From positions 1 through 63,826 of the IMG/VR virus record IMGVR_UViG_3300042526_000765: a stretch of 63,826 nucleotides of DNA; one strand, given 5' to 3'. Position numbers and translations under genes: made by a program. The notes under the pieces are model-generated. The model did not search any database, had not been told where the DNA came from, and saw only the letters and a program-made list of their open reading frames with translations. Of the stretch, positions 59,487 to 63,826 are shown piece by piece (within the stretch, counting starts at the first letter, position 1; the number at the start of each line of letters is the position of its first letter). Source of the stretch: a virus (Duplodnaviria; Caudoviricetes).

Positions 59487-59654
59487 CCCGATTAGAGTAA
59501 TTATTCAGGTCATGCGCATAATGAACGATAAAAACAAAGAAGATTATGAAAAATCAATAAGCAAGACTGGCGAGTCTTATGAAACTTGGATGGGGATTGA
59601 TGAGGTTTATTGTTAAAAGCGTATAAAACTAAACTATACTAAAGGGGTTATAAA

Positions 59655-60032
59655 ATAAAAGAAATTGAGAAACTTGAATTAATGTTAAACGAACTTAAGA
59701 ATAAATTTCACGATCAAGAAAGAAGACTTGAAGTATTGGTCGAAAGTAATAAAACAATAGAGACAGAAATAAAGCTTGTAATAAACGAAATTCAGGAGAT
59801 ATTAAATGATTAATTGGAATAAATGGGATCCAGCTTGTGTTGATGATTTAAGCGATGAATTAACAAATCAGACATATGTAATGAGCCCAAATTATAATCA
59901 TGAAAAACTTGCATCAAAAGTTGAGCTTGCGTTGTTTATTATGAAAGACAACGAATGGCATAATGATGAAGGCTCTATTCAATACCAGGTCTATAAAATA
60001 TTAGAGAAAGCAATTGAAGAACTATAAATCTA
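59655..60032 (+). repeat. Copy 1 of a ~375-bp two-gene duplication
   Basis: Aligns with 61189-61563; the first ORF has ATA where copy 2 has ATG. Confidence 0.9.
59806..60027 (+). CDS. Hypothetical protein, paralogue of 61340..61558
   Basis: MINWNKWDPAC...LALFIMKDNEWHNDEGSI. Confidence 0.8.
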   Translation: MINWNKWDPACVDDLSDELTNQTYVMSPNYNHEKLASKVELALFIMKDNEWHNDEGSIQYQVYKILEKAIEEL

Positions 60033-60218
60033 ATAAGCCATGTATAGTTTGCGGACAGAATGGCGAGAACATGACGACCTACCATCATGGAAGCTACTAC
60101 TATGAAGAATTTAGATGCGAGATTTGTGACGAAATACATGAGCAAAAACTTTTAGAGTTTCGTCTTGAGTACATTAAAGAACTAGAATGATATTAAAACT
60201 TATCGTGCAGGAGAAAAT

Positions 60219-60533
60219 ATGAGTGAAGCAATAGCAAAATGTTGTAACGAGGGATGTAGTGAACCTAAAAGAAAAAACAAGTTGTTTTGTGACCATCACT
60301 ACATCATGGAGCTAGAAGGCAAAATTGAATGGGCAAAAGACAAGGTTTTTGATTACGAAAAACAGACCATTCCAGAGATGGATGAGAAACTGAAAGTTAC
60401 TATTAAAGCACTGGACTCCATAGCTGACAGGTACTTTGATCTTCCCCCAGAAATGAGAATGCAAAAAGGTATCAAGGAGAGCAAAGAGTCACTAACAGCG
60501 AAGGCTGCGCTTAAATTAATTGGAGCACGATAA
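60219..60533 (+). CDS. Hypothetical protein with N-terminal zinc finger
   Basis: CCNEGC...FCDHH; AGGAG RBS. Confidence 0.7.
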   Translation: MSEAIAKCCNEGCSEPKRKNKLFCDHHYIMELEGKIEWAKDKVFDYEKQTIPEMDEKLKVTIKALDSIADRYFDLPPEMRMQKGIKESKESLTAKAALKLIGAR

Positions 60534-60609
60534 GCTAAATTAACGTGTAAACTATCGCACCCATTTTGGGTGTTTGGGTGTCAAAAGTAACAACTAACCG
60601 AGGATAAGT

Positions 60610-60861
60610 ATGAGTACAGAGAAACCAAGAAGATTCGATGCTTATTATTTTGGCTTTGAACCTACAGGCGTTGAAGAAATTGATAAAATATTGTCCGCAA
60701 TCTGTTTTGCCGGTAAGGGTTATCATCATACACAAGACTGGGGAGAAGAGAAAGACGATTATGGAGACTACAAGGGTGGAAGTTATATTATGTGGATTCA
60801 AAACTCTGCCAACGAAGCCGCTGAAAAGTTCAAGAAATTAAAGGACTCATCCAATGACTAA
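60610..60861 (+). CDS. Hypothetical phage protein
   Basis: RFDAYYFGFEPTG...GKGYHHT; GAGGA RBS. Confidence 0.75.
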   Translation: MSTEKPRRFDAYYFGFEPTGVEEIDKILSAICFAGKGYHHTQDWGEEKDDYGDYKGGSYIMWIQNSANEAAEKFKKLKDSSND

Positions 60862-61174
60862 AAACAGCGACGAGATGGAGTTTGAATCTTACGAGAAATG
60901 GAGCAGGGAATACTTTGGTCACGGTATGCCGCCTAGTCAGTCATATTACGAAAGCACCATGAGTGCTTTTCATGCTGGCATTGCTCACGTAAAGAAAGCA
61001 AAGATTCAAACAAATGACTACGTTGAGACAATTGATGGCGATGATTTTAACCCAGCGGCGAACAATTTAACTTATGGGTCAAGGTATAGGAAACCAGCAA
61101 AAAAGAAAAAAGTTACCCAAACTGGTGAGGCATATTCGTGTTGGATGAATGGAAATGATGAGGTTTTTGTTTAA
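60854..61174 (+). CDS. Hypothetical protein
   Basis: AGGA RBS; C-terminus resembles the short ORF starting at 59521. Confidence 0.7.
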   Translation: MTKNSDEMEFESYEKWSREYFGHGMPPSQSYYESTMSAFHAGIAHVKKAKIQTNDYVETIDGDDFNPAANNLTYGSRYRKPAKKKKVTQTGEAYSCWMNGNDEVFV

Positions 61175-61188
61175 TAAGGAGGTATAAA

Positions 61189-61347
61189 ATGGACGAAATT
61201 GAAAAACTTGAATTAATGTTAAACGAACTAAAGAATAAATTTCACGATCAAGAAAGAAGACTTGAAGTATTGGTCGAAAGTAATAAAACAATCGAGACAG
61301 AAACAAAGCTAATAATTAAAGAACTACAGGAGTTATTAAATGATTAA
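61189..61347 (+). CDS. Small coiled-coil protein (52 aa, not in ORF track)
   Basis: AGGAGG RBS; MDEIEKLELML...QELLND*. Confidence 0.75.
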   Translation: MDEIEKLELMLNELKNKFHDQERRLEVLVESNKTIETETKLIIKELQELLND

Positions 61348-61558
61348 TTGGAATAGATGGGATCCAGCTTGTATTGATAATTCTGAAGATTTACCAAATC
61401 AGTCATATGTAATGAGTCCAAATTATAATTATGAAAAACTTGTGTCAAAAGTAAAGCTTGCATTATTTATTATGAAAGACAATGAATGGCACAATGACGA
61501 GGGTTCTATAGAACACCAAGTCTATAAAGTATTAGAGAAAGCCGTTCAAGAATTATAA
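61340..61558 (+). CDS. Hypothetical protein, paralogue of 59806..60027
   Basis: Near-identical sequence. Confidence 0.8.
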   Translation: MINWNRWDPACIDNSEDLPNQSYVMSPNYNYEKLVSKVKLALFIMKDNEWHNDEGSIEHQVYKVLEKAVQEL

Positions 61559-61616
61559 ATCTAAAAACCGTATAACTAATACAAATAGACAATTTTGTAT
61601 TAAATAAAGGTGTTTT

Positions 61617-61808
61617 ATGGAAGAACTAAAACTATTTTTACAAGAACACCCACATCTCCAAACGCTCCAAAATCGTCTAGAACGAGAGATGGACTCTGTA
61701 CCTGACGAATATAGGCTAATGGTATTAGCAAAGTATATGGTGATAAATTTGGAAGAGCTAGAGATTGAATTGCGATTACTAGAGCTACTTGTAAGAAAGA
61801 CTATATAG
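61617..61808 (+). CDS. Hypothetical protein
   Basis: AAGGTG RBS; last + strand ORF. Confidence 0.7.
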   Translation: MEELKLFLQEHPHLQTLQNRLEREMDSVPDEYRLMVLAKYMVINLEELEIELRLLELLVRKTI

Positions 61809-61836
61809 TAATTCTTACACTAGTGCATAGACTGGA

Positions 61837-62211
61837 TTACTTCTTAATTTTTTCTAGGACCTTTCGCATTTTAGATTCTGGATTCATATATTCGTAGTTA
61901 TAATTAGAATCCCAATAATAACCATCTTCAAAATCTCTACTAGTATCTTTTTGTTTAGGTTGGTATGAAGTAGGTTCCGATGGTACAGATATTCTATTTC
62001 TAAATACTGGTCTTTGAGAAGGTTCTGTAGCTTTACCTGTTTGTAAGTATTCACGTAAGGTTCTATATGGCACAGTATGGATCTTATCGTCAATTTCGAA
62101 TGCTGGTAGTTTATCAGGATCTTTGTCGTATCCTTTTTCAATAAACTCATCCTGAGCTTTCTTTATTTCAGATTGATCGATCCTGTCTAGTATATCTTGT
62201 AGTTTACCCAT
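61837..62211 (-). CDS. Late cassette protein 3
   Basis: AACAAATGT at 62216-62224 upstream; decamer repeat downstream. Confidence 0.7.
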   Translation of the reverse strand: MGKLQDILDRIDQSEIKKAQDEFIEKGYDKDPDKLPAFEIDDKIHTVPYRTLREYLQTGKATEPSQRPVFRNRISVPSEPTSYQPKQKDTSRDFEDGYYWDSNYNYEYMNPESKMRKVLEKIKK

Positions 62212-62245
62212 ATCAACATTTGTTTACATATGACCAGTGCATAGA

Positions 62246-62985
62246 CTACTTAAGCTTCTTTTTAAATAACTGATCTACAAGTTCTTTATTATCTTCTGTT
62301 TTAAGCAAATCTCTAAGTCGAGAGTAGGCTCTATCTTTAGCCGCCGGAGAATTTATATATGATTCTTTTGCTTTTAACTCTGCCTTCATTTCTTCAGGCA
62401 TGTACATAGATTCCTTATTCTTTTTTATTCCCTCTGCGGATTTCTCCATCCCTTTATAGTAATCCATTCCACTAATTGGAAGAGGGTTTAATTCCTCTGA
62501 CCCAGCATATGCTAAAGCAAGTGGGGCTGGTAATCCTCCCTCTTTGGCTTCGGCATAATTGGACGCTGCTGCAGCAAGGGGTACTCCAATCTTACCTACG
62601 GTTTTTAATATAGGAACTAAGCTTCTTAATACTTTCCCAGTAGTAAGATTTTTAAATCCGTATGAACTAGGTCCAAATCCAGACGTCTTTTTTTCCTATA
62701 TTTCTCATACCCTCTCTGTTCTAATAGATCGTTAGCTGCTGACATACGAGCATATCGTTCATCGGCAAGTTCTGCTAATTTCTTTTCTTGTTCTGGGGTA
62801 TATTTACGTTTAACTGAATAATCGCTATAATCAGACTCATCAATAGGAGCAGATTTTGTAATGAAGACTTCATCTTGACTAGGAGAGCCTAGACTTTTAA
62901 ATTCATCGTATACATTTTTATCGCTCCACTTAGAACGATTTTTCATATACTCTTCTTTTATTTTTTTCTTAAGTTCGTCATCCAT
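62246..62985 (-). pseudogene. Late cassette protein 2, split by a one-base slip in an A7 run (246 aa if repaired)
   Basis: The frame of 62246..62467 stays open up to 62695; adding one A at 62688-62694 fuses it to 62626..62985. Confidence 0.75.
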
Positions 62986-63031
62986 ACAGACCTCTTTATA
63001 AATACATTTGTTTAGGTACGGAGTGCATAGA

Positions 63032-63541
63032 TTACTTAAGCTTCTTAGCTTGATCTACTAAATTACTTAACCCTGAGGCAGGAGTCTTCATTGCTTCTCT
63101 TTGCTTTCTTAGAAGTTCTGCCTGTCTATAGAACTCGTCATCCATTTCTTGTTGGGTAATTCTTTCCAAGGATCTTGGGTTTGAAGATCCGCTTTTTGTA
63201 GGATCTATCGCTAAAGCCGCTTTTCTTTGTCTACTAGCAGCATCTTCCCGAGCTTGCTCTATAGGAGTTTTCTTCTTTTTGTACCTAGCCATCATATCAA
63301 CTTGATCGGGCTTACCGGGAATAGGTCTTTGTGGCTCTAAATCAAGAGGTCCTTTAATACCAAACTCGTCATCATTACTACTATCTGGAATATCTGCAGC
63401 AAAACCCGGATCAATAGCTTTTCTCTCTGACTGGTCATACCCTAGCATTTGACGAAGACGCTGCTCTCTTTCAGAAGGGCTAATTACTTCAGGTTCCTGC
63501 TTTACAAGTTTACGTTTAATTTTACTAAATACGTCATCCAT
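63032..63541 (-). CDS. Late cassette protein 1
   Basis: AGGGG RBS before MDDVFSKIKRKL; late motif at 63559-63568. Confidence 0.75.
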   Translation of the reverse strand: MDDVFSKIKRKLVKQEPEVISPSEREQRLRQMLGYDQSERKAIDPGFAADIPDSSNDDEFGIKGPLDLEPQRPIPGKPDQVDMMARYKKKKTPIEQAREDAASRQRKAALAIDPTKSGSSNPRSLERITQQEMDDEFYRQAELLRKQREAMKTPASGLSNLVDQAKKLK

Positions 63542-63691
63542 ACACACCCCTTTATAAATACATTTGTTCATAGTGTAAACAACATCACCCACAATGAGCT
63601 ACTGGGTGCAGAAGTTTACATAAGGTAGTGCATAGATATATAAACACCAATTCTGGCGGAGATACAGTAACCCAAATTCGTTGACGCGTAC

Positions 63692-63824
63692 ACCCACGTG
63701 GGGGGGGGGTGGGCGCACAGGCACGCGGGCACACACGCGCACACGCATACGCGCACACATGCACACGCATCGCGACATGCGCACACGCGTCACGTACGCG
63801 CGTCACGCACACGCACACACACGT
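63692..63824. repeat. G10 run plus ~110-bp GC-rich alternating purine-pyrimidine tract
   Basis: G run at 63700-63709, then mostly (CA/CG/TG/TA)n in an otherwise AT-rich genome. Confidence 0.9.
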
Positions 63825-63826
63825 AG

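Larger units (their letters stand above)
59120..63636 (+). repeat. Five co-oriented exact AGTGCATAGA decamers
   Basis: 59120, 61822, 62236, 63022, 63627; near-copy AGTGCATAAA at 59193; all at or near gene boundaries. Confidence 0.9.

Noticed and set aside
557-61306. Short antisense or nested ORFs in the track (e.g. 557, 1749, 4757, 5874, 9136, 11747, 16083, 21246, 31407, 47807, 48877, 55418, 60535, 61079)
   Set aside because: They shadow longer genes with clear motifs or RBSs and lack their own signals
62688-62695. Canonical -1 programmed ribosomal frameshift
   Set aside because: A_AAA_AAG is not in the zero frame; kept only as a slippage or indel candidate
59120-63636. AGTGCATAGA repeats as a CRISPR array or integron attC sites
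   Set aside because: Only 10-25 bp, spaced hundreds of bp apart by whole genes, non-palindromic; no cas or integrase gene
63585-63818. ORFs 63585..63818 and 63599..63793
   Set aside because: Cys/Val/Arg/Ala strings are the translation of the (RY)n tract; no RBS
1-63826. Host assignment (e.g. Bdellovibrionota)
   Set aside because: Some exported proteins give that impression, but it cannot be supported without database searches

Overview
AT-rich partial genome of a tailed dsDNA phage with podovirus-like architecture. The left arm (1-10.4 kb, + strand) carries a family A DNA polymerase, a DEDD exonuclease, a dNMP kinase, an HNH nuclease, exported proteases (including a ClpP-like protein with a signal peptide) and membrane proteins. 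The centre (10.4-45.9 kb, - strand) is the morphogenesis region: TerL, portal, scaffold, major capsid, an unusually large modular set of fibre proteins, adaptor and nozzle, and three ejection-type proteins. The right arm (46.3-61.8 kb, + strand) carries an M15 endolysin, an HU-like protein, an AAA ATPase, a class II RNR, an SLT, a truncated ClpX, a DUF2827-like protein, a metallophosphoesterase and many small ORFs. The window ends in a - strand array of promoter-ORF-repeat cassettes and a G10/(RY)n tract. I saw no primase/helicase, integrase, RNA polymerase, tRNA or CRISPR array. Main leads: (1) two dispersed copies of a ToxI-like pseudoknot RNA motif; (2) a phage-specific AACAAAT(G/A)TA late-promoter motif that defines a regulon; (3) a family of late, non-canonical cargo-like proteins sharing an F-x-[KR]-[LI]-[KR]-x-x-L helix, partly arranged as repeat-bounded cassettes, with two members broken by single-base slips in A-runs. 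All family calls are by-eye motif recognition; no database searches were run.
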